A stretch of 64,000 bases of DNA from an uncultured virus (IMG/VR IMGVR_UViG_3300025325_000017) (IMGVR_UViG_3300025325_000017), one strand, 5' to 3'. Positions 9,652 to 20,750 are shown, counted from the first letter of the stretch. The notes: generated by a model from the letters alone, not told the origin. Numbers and translations are program-made.

Positions 9652-11115
9652 ATGGATGTTGCCGAAGAAGTAGTTCATCTCATTTCCAAGATGGAGCAAT
9701 ATCAAAAAATACACCGATTGGAATTTTATAATCCTTATGAATTCCAAAAAAAGTTTCATCATGTTTTCGGCGAGGGTGATTTCGTTCCGGTAAAATCAGA
9801 CAAGAATAAATCGCATCTTGCGATCATGCGCGCTTTACAGTGTGCGAATCAAATTGGGAAATCCACTTGCGGCGCGATGGAAACAGCGATGCATCTTACG
9901 GGGAGGTATCCCGACTGGTGGCAAGGCCATGTTTTCGATTATCCGGTCGAATGGATGGCTTCTTCCAATACCAATGAGACGACCAGGGATCGTTGTCAAA
10001 AGGAATTATTCGGCGAGCCGGCCGATCCGACCGCCCTGGGAACTGGGGCCATACCGAAAGAATGCCTCGGCGAGACCACGCGCAAAGCCGGTGTCCCCAA
10101 TGCGTTTGAAATCTGCCTGGTGAAGCACGCCAGCGGTGGTTGGTCGAAGATTTATCTTAAACCTTACGAACAAGGCGCAAAGAAATTCATGGGGTACAGG
10201 CTTCATGGGTTCTGGGATGACGAAGAGCCGCCGGAAGATATTTTATCGCAACAGAAACGCGCCACGCTTTCCACCGACGGCATAGGGTATCTTACCTATA
10301 CGCCGGAAGATGGGATCACGCGCACGGTGCATCAGATCATGTATTCCCGTAATCCAGGAGAAGCCCTGATTACGGCCACATGGGACGACGCGCCGCATAT
10401 GACTCCGGATAAGAGACGACAATCGTTGTTGAAATTCCCGGAACATGAACGGGAAATGCGGTCTCAAGGCAAGCCCATGATTGGTACCGGCATGGTTTAT
10501 CCAGTTGACGAAGGAAAGATAATCATCGATCCATTCCGTATCCCCGGTCATTGGCCGAGGATCATCGGCGTGGATTTTGGATGGGAACACGCTGCCACGC
10601 TTGTTTGCCTGACATGGGATCGGGATACGGATATTCTCTATTTATACGATTGCTGGAAGCAATCCAGAGCATTGACTGAAATTCATGCTCAGGCGATTAG
10701 AAGCCGTGGTGAATGGGTTCCCGTTGTTTGGCCGCATGACGGCATGAAACATGATCCCAAATCGGGGAAACCCATGGCAGATCTGTATCGGTCCATGGGA
10801 GTCAATATGCATTTTCAGCCATTTTCCAATCCACCTTCTATCGGCCAGAAGGAAGGACAAGGCGGGAATGGAGTGGAGATCGGAATTCAGGAAATACTTT
10901 CGCGCATGGAAACCGGACGATTCAAAGTATTTTCCAATCTCAAGGATTGGTTCGACGAATGGCGCATGTACCATCGCAAGAATGGTGAGATCGCCAAATT
11001 TAATGATGATCTGATGGATGCCACTCGTTATGCGATTATGATGCGAAGGCATGCCATAACCCAACCGATCAGGCAAAAACCTCAACAATCTTATGCAGGA
11101 TTAAGCAACTGGTGA
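9652..11115 (+). CDS. terL: Terminase large subunit (module A)
   Basis: ANQIGKS Walker A, WDDEEP, GVDFG, DDLMDATRY. Confidence 0.92.
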   Translation: MDVAEEVVHLISKMEQYQKIHRLEFYNPYEFQKKFHHVFGEGDFVPVKSDKNKSHLAIMRALQCANQIGKSTCGAMETAMHLTGRYPDWWQGHVFDYPVEWMASSNTNETTRDRCQKELFGEPADPTALGTGAIPKECLGETTRKAGVPNAFEICLVKHASGGWSKIYLKPYEQGAKKFMGYRLHGFWDDEEPPEDILSQQKRATLSTDGIGYLTYTPEDGITRTVHQIMYSRNPGEALITATWDDAPHMTPDKRRQSLLKFPEHEREMRSQGKPMIGTGMVYPVDEGKIIIDPFRIPGHWPRIIGVDFGWEHAATLVCLTWDRDTDILYLYDCWKQSRALTEIHAQAIRSRGEWVPVVWPHDGMKHDPKSGKPMADLYRSMGVNMHFQPFSNPPSIGQKEGQGGNGVEIGIQEILSRMETGRFKVFSNLKDWFDEWRMYHRKNGEIAKFNDDLMDATRYAIMMRRHAITQPIRQKPQQSYAGLSNW

Positions 11116-13247
11116 GCACAGAAAATATAAAGAAACGGAAAATCAGTCAAAAAGACTGGGATGTAGTCGCGGGGAAAATCCGCGATGAATTAAAAAGCCG
11201 TCAGAATCAAAAATTTCGCAAAACGCATGAATTGATTTGGAAAGAAGTTGATCGTCAATTGGCGATGGAGCCAATGAAGCGTTTTGCCAAAGATGGAAAG
11301 AAAATTGATCCGGAATGGAGATCGGTACTTGAACTTGGTGAATTGGCAAAAGCTTCAGAGATTATTGCCGCTGATGTTATGCGGCTTACTTTCCCCACGA
11401 CACGCTCCTGGTTCGAGGTTCACTCTGAAATTCCGGCGGTACTCGACGATACTGGCACGAAACAAGTAGACGCCAAAGCGCAAGATTTTATTGATCGCGC
11501 TTATCGTGCATTATTGGTGCAGCAACATCTTGATTTCGGCCTAAAGGCACGTTATGAGCTTTCGGTTAAGGAATCGCTGCATCATGGGTCTTATGTCACC
11601 GAAATTCGCTGGGAGAATCGTATTCGATTGCATGGTGGTACTGGGGTAGAACAAGTCTCCGCGCCCATTTGGGTTCCGTATTCCATGTGGAATTCTTATC
11701 CCGACCCCTCGCCATCGGTAATTGGTACCGACTTGTTTTATACCGGCTCGATGATCTTGGTGGATTATCTTCCGCTTTATCTTTTAAAGAACATGGCGCA
11801 AGGCGAAGGCTGGATGTTGGAGAATTTGAATAGAATCAAAAAGAAAACAAATCAGAACAAAGATGTTGAAACCGAGGATGTGGAGTTAATCAAGTATTAC
11901 GGTGATCTGGAAATAGAAAGAGGAGACGGCAATATCTTGTTGCCGAATTCCAAGGTTATTCTTGCAAACGATGTGATTGTCTATTTTGCACCGAATGATC
12001 TTGCTTCCCCATCTATTATTTATTCCGGTTATGAGCGCGTGGATGTACGCGACCCATATTATACTTCGCCGTTGATAAAACTCTCGCCAATGCAAAAATT
12101 GGGAAGTCAAATGGCGAATAAGCTGATTGATTCCATGGCAATGAGAGTGGAGCCGCCAATAGCTTATGATGCCAACGATCCGCAACTTGTCTTGGACGGC
12201 GGGCCACGCATGGCTCCGGGAGCGAAGATCGGGGTCAAGGGAAGTTATGGCGTCAAGGAAATACAAGCGGGTGATCCGCAAGCGGCGATGGTCGGTTTAG
12301 AATTCATAATTGCACAATTGAATCAAGGATTGGGAATAAATGCCATTCGTTCCGGCGCGGGAGACGACAGGACGGACAAAACGGCCACGGAGATCACGAC
12401 ATCGGATGTCAAGGCCGAGATCAGAACGGCGGAATTCGTGGACAAACAAGAGCGTCATGCGTTGCGGCCATTTCTTTATATGCAACATGAATTGAACAAA
12501 AAATATCTCCAAAATTATACGTTTTACAATCCAGAGATGGATGCTCCTGATTTTATGCAAGTTACCGCCGAAGACATCCCGGTGAATGTGGTTTTCGATG
12601 TTGTCGGTTCGCGCGGAGCCTTGGGGGAGAGAGCCAGGGCGCAACGAGTCGGTGAAGTCACGGCTTTCCTGTTATCCAATCCCATGACACAAAAGCTCCC
12701 GAATGTCGTGGAATTGGCTAAACAGGCTTATCAGGATGCCGGGGTTAAGAATCCAGAGAGATTCTTGAATCTCGATCAGGGGTTGCCGCAGGAAGCCATG
12801 ATGATCGCGCAGGAAGCAGAACAGATGATTCAGCAGGCGCAACAGCGTATTGGCGAATTGGAAAAAGAATTGGCTATTACCAAGGCCGTCAATGAAGCAA
12901 AAGTCATGGAAGCACAGATGCGCGCGGAAACACAAATAAATATCACCGAATTCAAGACTCAACTTGAAGGAGAATTGAGCGTGCTTAAGGCGCAATTGGA
13001 AGTGGCGAAATCCGCCGGAAGCCAGCAGGGACCGGCCATCTCCATATCGGAGATAAACTCCATTGTCGGTTCGCTCGATAAGATTCTGTCTATTTCCGAG
13101 AAACAGACATCGGAAGTGGACAACAAATTATCGGAAATGAATAAGACAGTAAGCTCTCTTGTCAATCACATGAGCAGGCCGATTAAGGTCAAAGTTACAC
13201 GCGATGCCAATGGCAAATTGGCCGAAGCAACTGGAGCTAGGGAATAA
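11112..13247 (+). CDS. Portal protein (module A)
   Basis: Follows terL; 711 aa; KTATEI motif; coiled-coil C-terminus. Confidence 0.8.
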   Translation: MSTENIKKRKISQKDWDVVAGKIRDELKSRQNQKFRKTHELIWKEVDRQLAMEPMKRFAKDGKKIDPEWRSVLELGELAKASEIIAADVMRLTFPTTRSWFEVHSEIPAVLDDTGTKQVDAKAQDFIDRAYRALLVQQHLDFGLKARYELSVKESLHHGSYVTEIRWENRIRLHGGTGVEQVSAPIWVPYSMWNSYPDPSPSVIGTDLFYTGSMILVDYLPLYLLKNMAQGEGWMLENLNRIKKKTNQNKDVETEDVELIKYYGDLEIERGDGNILLPNSKVILANDVIVYFAPNDLASPSIIYSGYERVDVRDPYYTSPLIKLSPMQKLGSQMANKLIDSMAMRVEPPIAYDANDPQLVLDGGPRMAPGAKIGVKGSYGVKEIQAGDPQAAMVGLEFIIAQLNQGLGINAIRSGAGDDRTDKTATEITTSDVKAEIRTAEFVDKQERHALRPFLYMQHELNKKYLQNYTFYNPEMDAPDFMQVTAEDIPVNVVFDVVGSRGALGERARAQRVGEVTAFLLSNPMTQKLPNVVELAKQAYQDAGVKNPERFLNLDQGLPQEAMMIAQEAEQMIQQAQQRIGELEKELAITKAVNEAKVMEAQMRAETQINITEFKTQLEGELSVLKAQLEVAKSAGSQQGPAISISEINSIVGSLDKILSISEKQTSEVDNKLSEMNKTVSSLVNHMSRPIKVKVTRDANGKLAEATGARE

Positions 13248-13690
13248 TGGCTAGGGGCGACATCGTCGTATTCAACGAGGCCCTGGCCCTGATTCAGGAC
13301 GGCGGGTGGGAGGCAGCCGACGACATCAAGGTCGCCGTTTGCGACAACACGACTACCCCGGCGCAGACAACGGTCACGCCGGCTCTCGGTGATTTCACGG
13401 AAGTCGGCGCGGCCGGGAGTTATATCGCCGGGGGAACGTCTCTGGGAACGTGGGGAACGATCATAACTCAATCCGGCGCGGTGGCGACGGCCGATTCATC
13501 CACTAACCCATCCTGGGCGCAACACGCCTCGAACGACACCGATGCCTATTGGGGAATTCTGTACAATGACACACAGGTCGGCGATCCCGCTTTTGCCTAT
13601 GTTGATCTGGGGGGGCCCGTGAACATGTCCGCCGGCAGCCTGACAATCAACTGGAACGCCTCCGGTTTTTACACGATAACCAATACCTGA
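13247..13690 (+). CDS. Virion structural protein
   Basis: Distant homolog of 49785..50246. Confidence 0.6.
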   Translation: MARGDIVVFNEALALIQDGGWEAADDIKVAVCDNTTTPAQTTVTPALGDFTEVGAAGSYIAGGTSLGTWGTIITQSGAVATADSSTNPSWAQHASNDTDAYWGILYNDTQVGDPAFAYVDLGGPVNMSAGSLTINWNASGFYTITNT

Positions 13691-13691
13691 T

Positions 13692-14924
13692 ATGGCCGAT
13701 ACTCTAACAAAAACTCAGTGGGACGCCGGCGCAGTGGTAGCTACTGACGACATCGCCGGTATTCACTTTCCGAGAGTCAAACTGGTACATGGCGCGGACG
13801 GCACCAATGCCGGCGATGTGGCGGACGCTAATCCGTTTCCGACCGCCCCGCCTATAGATGTCGCCACGCATATCGACACCACGATAGTCACGTTAGCCGT
13901 CGGCGCGACCTATAATTCGCCCGCGTTCGATACGACCGTAGTGGGCAAATTTGTCACGCACTACATCTATGCCGATGTCGCCGGCACGCACAATTATCAG
14001 GAATCGCACGATAACGCGACCTGGCGAACCGTTGACGGCGATGCCGTGTCGGCGGGAGCGGTGTTCGTCGAGGAACATATCTGCAATGCGCGGTACCACC
14101 GCGCCCAGTATGTGAACGGTGGAACGATTCAGGCGACGTTTAATCATCAGGTCGTTTGTTCCTTTGTCGGTGTCCCCCATGAAGTCGGTTTTCGTCCCGG
14201 CGATAACATCGTCCAGGGCGACAAGACCACTAACACCAGCGCCCCCTCGGCCGAAGCACACGAGGTCATCGGTTGCATTGCCAACGCCGCCGCCCCGTCC
14301 TACACGGAAGGCAACGTGGTCATGCCGCGAGTCACCCTCGCCGGAGACACCGCCGTTACGCTCGACGGCGAATCCGTGGTTGTTACGGCCACGAATCTTG
14401 ATGTTCGTGACTTAACCTCGGCCTCCGATTCCGTGGCCGCAGTCTCAGCGGGAGACGTGGCTCACGATGGGGTGGACTCGGGCAATCCAGTAAGCGTGGG
14501 CGGTATCGCCAGATCGGCGCTTACCTCGGTCGCCGCACTTGACCGCGTCAAGGCAATTTTCGATCTTCAGGGCAGACAGATTGTCAGAGCCAATGTCCCG
14601 CGTGGTTTAAGAATCAAGAATACCATCACGCTGACTTCAACCACGGAAACGACTTTACTTGCGGCGGCAGCGGCGACTTTTCACGATCTCACGAAACTTT
14701 GGATTTGCAATACCTCGGCTACGGCGGTGCGTGTGGATTTTCGAGATACAACGGCGGGTTCGGTATTATTTTCATGGTATGTCCCGGCCGGACAATCAGT
14801 GGGATTCACGGATTCTAACGATCCAATAGAGCAAACGACGGTTAATACCGCATGGACGGCGCAACTGTCGGCGGCGGTGACTGACGTAAGAATTTTCGCG
14901 GCTGCTGTAAAGAACATAGCCTAA
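13692..14924 (+). CDS. Virion decoration/fiber-like protein
   Basis: Ala/Thr-rich, beta-rich; paralog at 50247..51473. Confidence 0.55.
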   Translation: MADTLTKTQWDAGAVVATDDIAGIHFPRVKLVHGADGTNAGDVADANPFPTAPPIDVATHIDTTIVTLAVGATYNSPAFDTTVVGKFVTHYIYADVAGTHNYQESHDNATWRTVDGDAVSAGAVFVEEHICNARYHRAQYVNGGTIQATFNHQVVCSFVGVPHEVGFRPGDNIVQGDKTTNTSAPSAEAHEVIGCIANAAAPSYTEGNVVMPRVTLAGDTAVTLDGESVVVTATNLDVRDLTSASDSVAAVSAGDVAHDGVDSGNPVSVGGIARSALTSVAALDRVKAIFDLQGRQIVRANVPRGLRIKNTITLTSTTETTLLAAAAATFHDLTKLWICNTSATAVRVDFRDTTAGSVLFSWYVPAGQSVGFTDSNDPIEQTTVNTAWTAQLSAAVTDVRIFAAAVKNIA

Positions 14925-15652
14925 TGTCCATCTCGCTCAGAGCGGTCGGGACCTACACGAACGGCACGGCGAACCTCACGCCGGGCATTCCAGCGGGTGC
15001 CGTAACCGGCGACATGATGCTGTGCTTCTACGGCACCAAGCCCTATAGCGACGCCCCAACCATAAATCAAAGCTGGAACAATTACGGGAGCGCGACGGAC
15101 GGCACGGTGGCGGCTGGCGTGGATGTTGGCTCCATGCAGATACGAGTCTTCTGGAAGCAGCACACCGGCAGTGAGACGAACCCGACGGTTACCAATGCGA
15201 CGAACAACGTTTCCGGTTGCGTCATCATAGTATTTCAAAATGCTACAAATTCGTGGGAGATAGCCGGAGCGGGAGGTGGAGATAATACCGCCGGTACGGG
15301 ATTCTCGGTGACTGCCAGCAGCAACCCGGGCATTACTGCCGGGGACATGCTTGTGGCTTACGCCGCGCTCCGCTCAGACGCGGCCACGCAGTCGGCAATC
15401 GGCGTCACCGCGACCAGTGCGACCATAGCGGCTTTCACGGAGTCACCTGCGGCTGACCTGGTGACGACCGCCGGTGGCGACATGGCGATGTCCGGTGGGT
15501 ACGCCGCCTGCACGGCGGGGACGGCCACCGCCGCGCCGGTGTACGCCTCGACGCTGGCCGCCGCGCATACAGGTTCGGCGTATATCATGCGACTGCGCGA
15601 GGCGGCGGCTACGTTCATGAAAACACAAACTCTGCCGATGATGGGAGTCTAA
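14924..15652 (+). CDS. Virion structural protein (Ala/Gly/Thr-rich)
   Basis: Near-identical paralog at 51732..52460. Confidence 0.6.
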   Translation: MSISLRAVGTYTNGTANLTPGIPAGAVTGDMMLCFYGTKPYSDAPTINQSWNNYGSATDGTVAAGVDVGSMQIRVFWKQHTGSETNPTVTNATNNVSGCVIIVFQNATNSWEIAGAGGGDNTAGTGFSVTASSNPGITAGDMLVAYAALRSDAATQSAIGVTATSATIAAFTESPAADLVTTAGGDMAMSGGYAACTAGTATAAPVYASTLAAAHTGSAYIMRLREAAATFMKTQTLPMMGV

Positions 15653-15924
15653 TGGCAACCGTAACGATTACAGCTATCGTGGAAACAGACGATCATGTGG
15701 AATTCGCGTGCTCATTTTCAGTAACGACTCCTGCGCTTTCATGGGCTGAAACATTGGCGTTTGGGCGCGCCCGCCTGAAAGGTCTGACTCAGGCACAGAT
15801 GCGCGATGAAGTTTTGTTTCCTCTGTGTCAAGAAATAGTGCTGGGGCGAATAGGCGTTAACAGGGCGCAACTTGCCGGGAACTCTATATTGAACGTGGCG
15901 CAGACGATTCCTAATACGCCCTGA
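15652..15924 (+). CDS. Hypothetical protein
   Basis: Near-identical paralog at 52460..52732. Confidence 0.65.
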   Translation: MATVTITAIVETDDHVEFACSFSVTTPALSWAETLAFGRARLKGLTQAQMRDEVLFPLCQEIVLGRIGVNRAQLAGNSILNVAQTIPNTP

Positions 15925-15935
15925 GACGTAAGTAA

Positions 15936-16463
15936 ATGTTTTCCCCCATACTAGCCACCACAACGGCGGGAAACGTCGAGGTCAATGCCTCGACTGACGC
16001 GCTGGTATTGACAGAATATTCTGCAACGGTATCGCTGGATTTAACTATTTCAGCAACGGTTGATGCATTGGTCCTAGCGGAATATTCTGCAATCGTGGAC
16101 GTACCGGGAGAAATACCAGCGATAATTGATCGCGGAGGAGCGCCGATCAGGAGATATTACTATATTCCTGAAAAAAGACGCATCCTGACTGTAGAGAAAA
16201 ATTACGATGAACAAGAATTAGTCGAACTTATTCGGCGTGCCGCTGAAAAAGAAGATCGGTTGGCGGCGAGAAAGCTGGAACAAAAAGCCCGTTTCGTTTC
16301 CGATATGGAAACAGCGATGGTGGATTTTCACGATGCTTTTGTAAAGGCTGAACAACAAATTAAAAATAAATATAATCAGTCACAGAAAAGATTACGCGAG
16401 ATTCAGGAAGAAATGAATGAAGAAGAACATTTGATTCTCCAAATACTTCTTGAAGCTGCATGA
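15936..16463 (+). CDS. Hypothetical protein
   Basis: N-terminus shared with 52745..53320. Confidence 0.55.
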   Translation: MFSPILATTTAGNVEVNASTDALVLTEYSATVSLDLTISATVDALVLAEYSAIVDVPGEIPAIIDRGGAPIRRYYYIPEKRRILTVEKNYDEQELVELIRRAAEKEDRLAARKLEQKARFVSDMETAMVDFHDAFVKAEQQIKNKYNQSQKRLREIQEEMNEEEHLILQILLEAA

Positions 16464-16708
16464 AACACGAAAACTTATTATATGAGTTGCGTTCCGACCC
16501 GCGTTTCATGGATTTTGTCGCGGATGTAATGAAACAGCGGCCTGTCATCCCGTCTTACGACGCGCGACTTGATAATACTGAAATCTGGAAATTTGAATCG
16601 GCCAAACAACAAGGGTTCGATGTCTGGCTGGTATTTTTAAAGATAACCCCGACACTGGAGATTAAACATGGTAAACGAAAATACTCAGCCGAGCGAAAAG
16701 CCGGTTGA
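16460..16708 (+). CDS. Hypothetical protein
   Basis: ATGA-coupled ORF. Confidence 0.55.
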   Translation: MKHENLLYELRSDPRFMDFVADVMKQRPVIPSYDARLDNTEIWKFESAKQQGFDVWLVFLKITPTLEIKHGKRKYSAERKAG

Positions 16709-17360
16709 AGTAACGGAAGTTACGGCCCAGCAACAACCAGCGGAAAATTTACCGCCGGAGAACCAACCCGCCACTATGGCGGAAATTGCCAAGAAATACA
16801 ATCTTGAGCAAGAGATCAAACAATTCACTTCGCAAACTCAACAGCCTGTTACACAGGCTCCGTCCTATTCGCCAACGGCGGTTGATCCCATCACCGATCC
16901 GGAAACCTGGAATAGATTGTATCGTGAAAACACGACGCAGATGAACAACACCCTGCGCGAGTTGACAAATACAGTTTCGGAAATGAGGCAACGAACCGAG
17001 CAGGAGCGGTTGAATGTGGAAGTGAACAAGGCGGTCGAGCGCGTCAATCAAAAGTTAAAGATTGATCCGATGTATACTGAAATTTTGCTGGAAAAGAAAT
17101 ATCGGGATGATCCCATTTTCCGGCGAATTTGGGACAATCGGCATATCAATCCCAATGCCTTGAATGAGGCTTTGGAAGTCATATCCACGGAAGCATCGAG
17201 AACTTTTCAAGTGCTTCCCGATCCTCAATTGATTGAAAATCAGCGCGCGGCCAAAGCAAGTCAAAAAGCCATGTCATCGCGGACCCCGACCGGGCAGGAC
17301 GATGTAATGAAACTGACCGATACGGAATTCGACCGATGGTGGTTAACGAATAGAAGGTAA
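16668..17360 (+). CDS. Capsid scaffolding protein
   Basis: Acidic/Gln-rich coiled coil directly upstream of the capsid gene. Confidence 0.65.
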   Translation: MVNENTQPSEKPVEVTEVTAQQQPAENLPPENQPATMAEIAKKYNLEQEIKQFTSQTQQPVTQAPSYSPTAVDPITDPETWNRLYRENTTQMNNTLRELTNTVSEMRQRTEQERLNVEVNKAVERVNQKLKIDPMYTEILLEKKYRDDPIFRRIWDNRHINPNALNEALEVISTEASRTFQVLPDPQLIENQRAAKASQKAMSSRTPTGQDDVMKLTDTEFDRWWLTNRR

Positions 17361-17366
17361 AAACAA

Positions 17367-18452
17367 ATGGCAATAGTACGTACTACGCAGGCTTCGGATT
17401 TACCCGGAGAAGTAAATGTTGTTTATATCCGGGGACTTCTGAGCGCCGCGCGAAAAGTGCTGCCGTTCTTTAATGGCACCCGACCGGGGGTTCTTGAAAA
17501 GAAAGGCGGTTCATCCACTGTGCTCTGGCGGCGTATTGAAAATCTCGCCGCTGTTACCACGGCTCTCGGCCAAGGTTCACCCGGCGGCACGATAGCTTTT
17601 GGCAACAGCAGAGACACGGTTCGTCCAACCTACACCAACATCTCCAAGGCTGTCGCTAAATATGCCAATGGCATAACGGTGGTCGAAGAGATTGATCTGT
17701 TCAATATTGATTCCGATACGATGGCTCTCATGGATGTTCTCGGGGCCAACGCCGGGGAATCGTTGAATAGCGTCGCTCGAATCGAGTTCGATACTGCATC
17801 TCAAGTTCGACTCGCTTCCGGCGCGAGCACCACTGCCGGCATTATTGCGGAGATAAAGGCGAATGACATTAAATATTGTGTCAATCTTCTGAATCGGAAT
17901 TCCGCTCTGAAAATGTTCACGATGGCAACTGGATCGCAAAATATCGCCACTTCTCCTGTCCGCGCCAGTTATTTCGGCACTACTCATCCGGACGTGGAAG
18001 AGGATATTCGCGGTTTGACTGGGTTTATCGGAGTGGAGCAATACGGCGGTTATACCGAAACTCTGGTCGGTGAATTCGGAGCCGTGAATGGTGTACGGTG
18101 GGTTTCGACCGAGATCGCTCCTATCCAGACCGGGGCCGGCACAACCTCGACTTCCAACGTCTTTCGCGGTACTTCCGTGGATACCAACGATGTTTACACA
18201 TCGTATATCTATGGTAAGGATGCCGTGGGAACGGTGGGGCTTGGAGTTGCTTTCGGTACTTCCGTCAAAACGATGTCGGAGAATCGAGACAAGCCTATTG
18301 AGATTATTTATCATAAACCCGGATCATCGGGAGTGGGCGATCCGTTTAACGAGATTGGTTCTGTCTCATGGAAAGCTTGGCACGCAACAAAAATCCTGAA
18401 TGGGAGATGGATCACCAAGATTCATACACTCGCCAAGGATTTAACCACATAA
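17367..18452 (+). CDS. Major capsid protein (N4-gp56-like)
   Basis: THPDVEEDIR, GEFGAVNGVRWV, GDPFNEIGSVSWK. Confidence 0.85.
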   Translation: MAIVRTTQASDLPGEVNVVYIRGLLSAARKVLPFFNGTRPGVLEKKGGSSTVLWRRIENLAAVTTALGQGSPGGTIAFGNSRDTVRPTYTNISKAVAKYANGITVVEEIDLFNIDSDTMALMDVLGANAGESLNSVARIEFDTASQVRLASGASTTAGIIAEIKANDIKYCVNLLNRNSALKMFTMATGSQNIATSPVRASYFGTTHPDVEEDIRGLTGFIGVEQYGGYTETLVGEFGAVNGVRWVSTEIAPIQTGAGTTSTSNVFRGTSVDTNDVYTSYIYGKDAVGTVGLGVAFGTSVKTMSENRDKPIEIIYHKPGSSGVGDPFNEIGSVSWKAWHATKILNGRWITKIHTLAKDLTT

Positions 18453-18474
18453 CATAACCCCACAACAACAAGTC

Positions 18475-18512
18475 AGGGGGCACCCGTGACCGGCTCTGCC
18501 CCCTATTTTTTT
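18475..18512 (+). terminator. Rho-independent terminator after capsid A
   Basis: AGGGGGCA...TGCCCCCT stem followed by a T run. Confidence 0.65.
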
Positions 18513-18519
18513 ACAAATT

Positions 18520-19212
18520 ATGGCTACATTCATAGATGGCGTGAACCGTTTATTGCGAAGCAATAATGTCATATCGGGCGATGACGACAACATAACGAGT
18601 TTTTCTGAAACGCAACATGCGTCTGACATACAATTGGCGCAAATTTCCATTCAGGATGAACTCGCGGAAATAGTTTCGGAAAGGCTTATCCCTTATGAAA
18701 AGACTTCCGGATCGGTGAATCTTGTGACAAGCACCAGGACATATTCATTGGCAGCCGATTTTGTCCGGTTTTTCGGGTTGGCGTCATTTTACGATACCAC
18801 CGACAATCAACGGATTTACGAATGGCCCGGAGGTGAGGAAAAATTACAGCATCAGGATTATAAATATAAAACCACCGAAGGTGCCCCGAATTACTGGTAT
18901 TGGGAGAATTCAACCACGAAGCAAGTGGCTTTTTACAATGTTCCTAATTCCACTTATAACAATCGTTCACTTTCTTATGATTATGAAAAATCGGTGATGG
19001 TCGTGAATTCTACGGATACACTGCCGTTTCATAATAATGAGGAATATTATTCCTTTATTTCAATGGCTGCGCGTAGATTTTTTATTATGCTTTCTCAACA
19101 GCCACTAGCGCAGTTATCAGCAGATGCCACGTATAATAATGCAAAAGCCCGTTTGTATGCTTTTCTTCGGCATGATAACGCTTCCGATTTTTATGGTTAT
19201 GGGTATCGCTGA
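18520..19212 (+). CDS. Head-tail adaptor / tail tubular A-like protein
   Basis: Synteny; size; GxP..W motif. Confidence 0.6.
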   Translation: MATFIDGVNRLLRSNNVISGDDDNITSFSETQHASDIQLAQISIQDELAEIVSERLIPYEKTSGSVNLVTSTRTYSLAADFVRFFGLASFYDTTDNQRIYEWPGGEEKLQHQDYKYKTTEGAPNYWYWENSTTKQVAFYNVPNSTYNNRSLSYDYEKSVMVVNSTDTLPFHNNEEYYSFISMAARRFFIMLSQQPLAQLSADATYNNAKARLYAFLRHDNASDFYGYGYR

Positions 19213-20750
19213 TGGCTGTTCTTACATTCGAGGGTGGGTTGAACGAACAGGATATGACCTTGGTTTTGGATCAGGAGTGTATTGAAGGATATAATTTTGA
19301 ACTCGGATCACCAGATACTCATTTTCGTCCCAGAAAGCCCTTCGATAAACTGGGAACCGCGACAAATGCGCTTTCGATCAATGGGTTTATCCAACTAATC
19401 AAGTCGGACGATACTGAAACTACGCTGATACAAGCCGGAGATACAATTTATCAATGGGATGGAACAACTGGCTTTACTTCACGCGGAACGGTTAACTTAA
19501 ACAGCAGGTTACGAGGCACGACATGGAATCTCGGTGGGTATGCCGTAATTACCGATCTGGCGAAAGCGACTGTCATAAAAAAATGGGACGGAACGACATT
19601 TTCAACCTTAACGACAGGATTGGGAAGCTCGCTATATGCTAAATATGGCATTGTTCATCTTGGCAGAATTTGGTTATTCAATGTAACCGCTGGTACCAAT
19701 ACGCCGCATTTGCTAGTAGTTTCGGCATTTGAAAATCCTGAATCCTATGACACCGCCAAGCGCGCCCAGGATTCCTCATTTTCGACTGGGAATGAGGCGT
19801 TTTATATGGTTACACCTGATCTTAGGCCGATTAACGGTATTGCTTTGTTTTTTGGCGTGCTCATTATCTCCACGACAAATGGCGGCCTTTGGAAGCTGAC
19901 TGGCACGGATTCGATGGGATTTGCATGGAGTCCTTTTTATTCGGGCTCGCAAGCGATTGGCACCGAAACAGTAACCAGCATCGGGGATGATGTTGTTTAT
20001 ATGAAAAAGAACGGAAGTATCGAATCAATCCGCGCCGTGCAAGCATATGGAGATATTAAGACCGACGATTTATCGAGATGGATTAGAAATACCGCCAATA
20101 ATATTACCGATTGCATTACAGTATACGATCAAGAACGACAAAAGGTTTATTTCTTTATCGGTAACAATAAAATTCTTGTGCTTTATAAGGATTTATTGAC
20201 AGCAAATTTTTCTCCCTGGTCGGTTTATCAGACGGGGCATTCCTCGTCTTTTGCCATCAATAGCGCGATTTATATGAGAAACCCCGGAGGAACGGATTGG
20301 TATGTTTATTTTGGTGATTCCGAAGGAAATATTTATCAGTTAGAAGGTGTTGGGGATGGAGATGCCGGAACCACCGATATTAGTGTATATCGCAAGACAA
20401 AATTCATCGAAACGATTGACGATTTTAATCCACAATTACAGCGATTGCGCGGCAGGATTTATTATCGGCGAATCGCCGATATTGATTTACTGATGGATTT
20501 CGAGTGGGGAGACGATTACGCCATAAATCGCTGTACCGTTCCATTGGAAGGCCCGCCTCTCGGGGACCTCGCTATGTATTGGGGGGGTAGCTGGTATTTC
20601 GGAGGAGCGTATTATTGGAATAGTGGGTTTTTTTATTCGGAACGAGTAAGCACCAAGGGCTTTAGTCCGATAGGCCGAGGGGTTGGATTTTATCTTAGTT
20701 TGTCAGCAACATCTTCACAATTATTCGATGTAATGAAAATTGAAGCTTGA
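19212..20750 (+). CDS. Tail nozzle / DNA stabilization protein
   Basis: FEGGLN start; beta-propeller-like; synteny. Confidence 0.65.
   Translation: MAVLTFEGGLNEQDMTLVLDQECIEGYNFELGSPDTHFRPRKPFDKLGTATNALSINGFIQLIKSDDTETTLIQAGDTIYQWDGTTGFTSRGTVNLNSRLRGTTWNLGGYAVITDLAKATVIKKWDGTTFSTLTTGLGSSLYAKYGIVHLGRIWLFNVTAGTNTPHLLVVSAFENPESYDTAKRAQDSSFSTGNEAFYMVTPDLRPINGIALFFGVLIISTTNGGLWKLTGTDSMGFAWSPFYSGSQAIGTETVTSIGDDVVYMKKNGSIESIRAVQAYGDIKTDDLSRWIRNTANNITDCITVYDQERQKVYFFIGNNKILVLYKDLLTANFSPWSVYQTGHSSSFAINSAIYMRNPGGTDWYVYFGDSEGNIYQLEGVGDGDAGTTDISVYRKTKFIETIDDFNPQLQRLRGRIYYRRIADIDLLMDFEWGDDYAINRCTVPLEGPPLGDLAMYWGGSWYFGGAYYWNSGFFYSERVSTKGFSPIGRGVGFYLSLSATSSQLFDVMKIEA

Noticed and set aside
13692..15924. 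Diversity-generating retroelement TR/VR pair with 50247-52732
   Set aside because: No reverse transcriptase; differences are not adenine-specific; both copies are full genes
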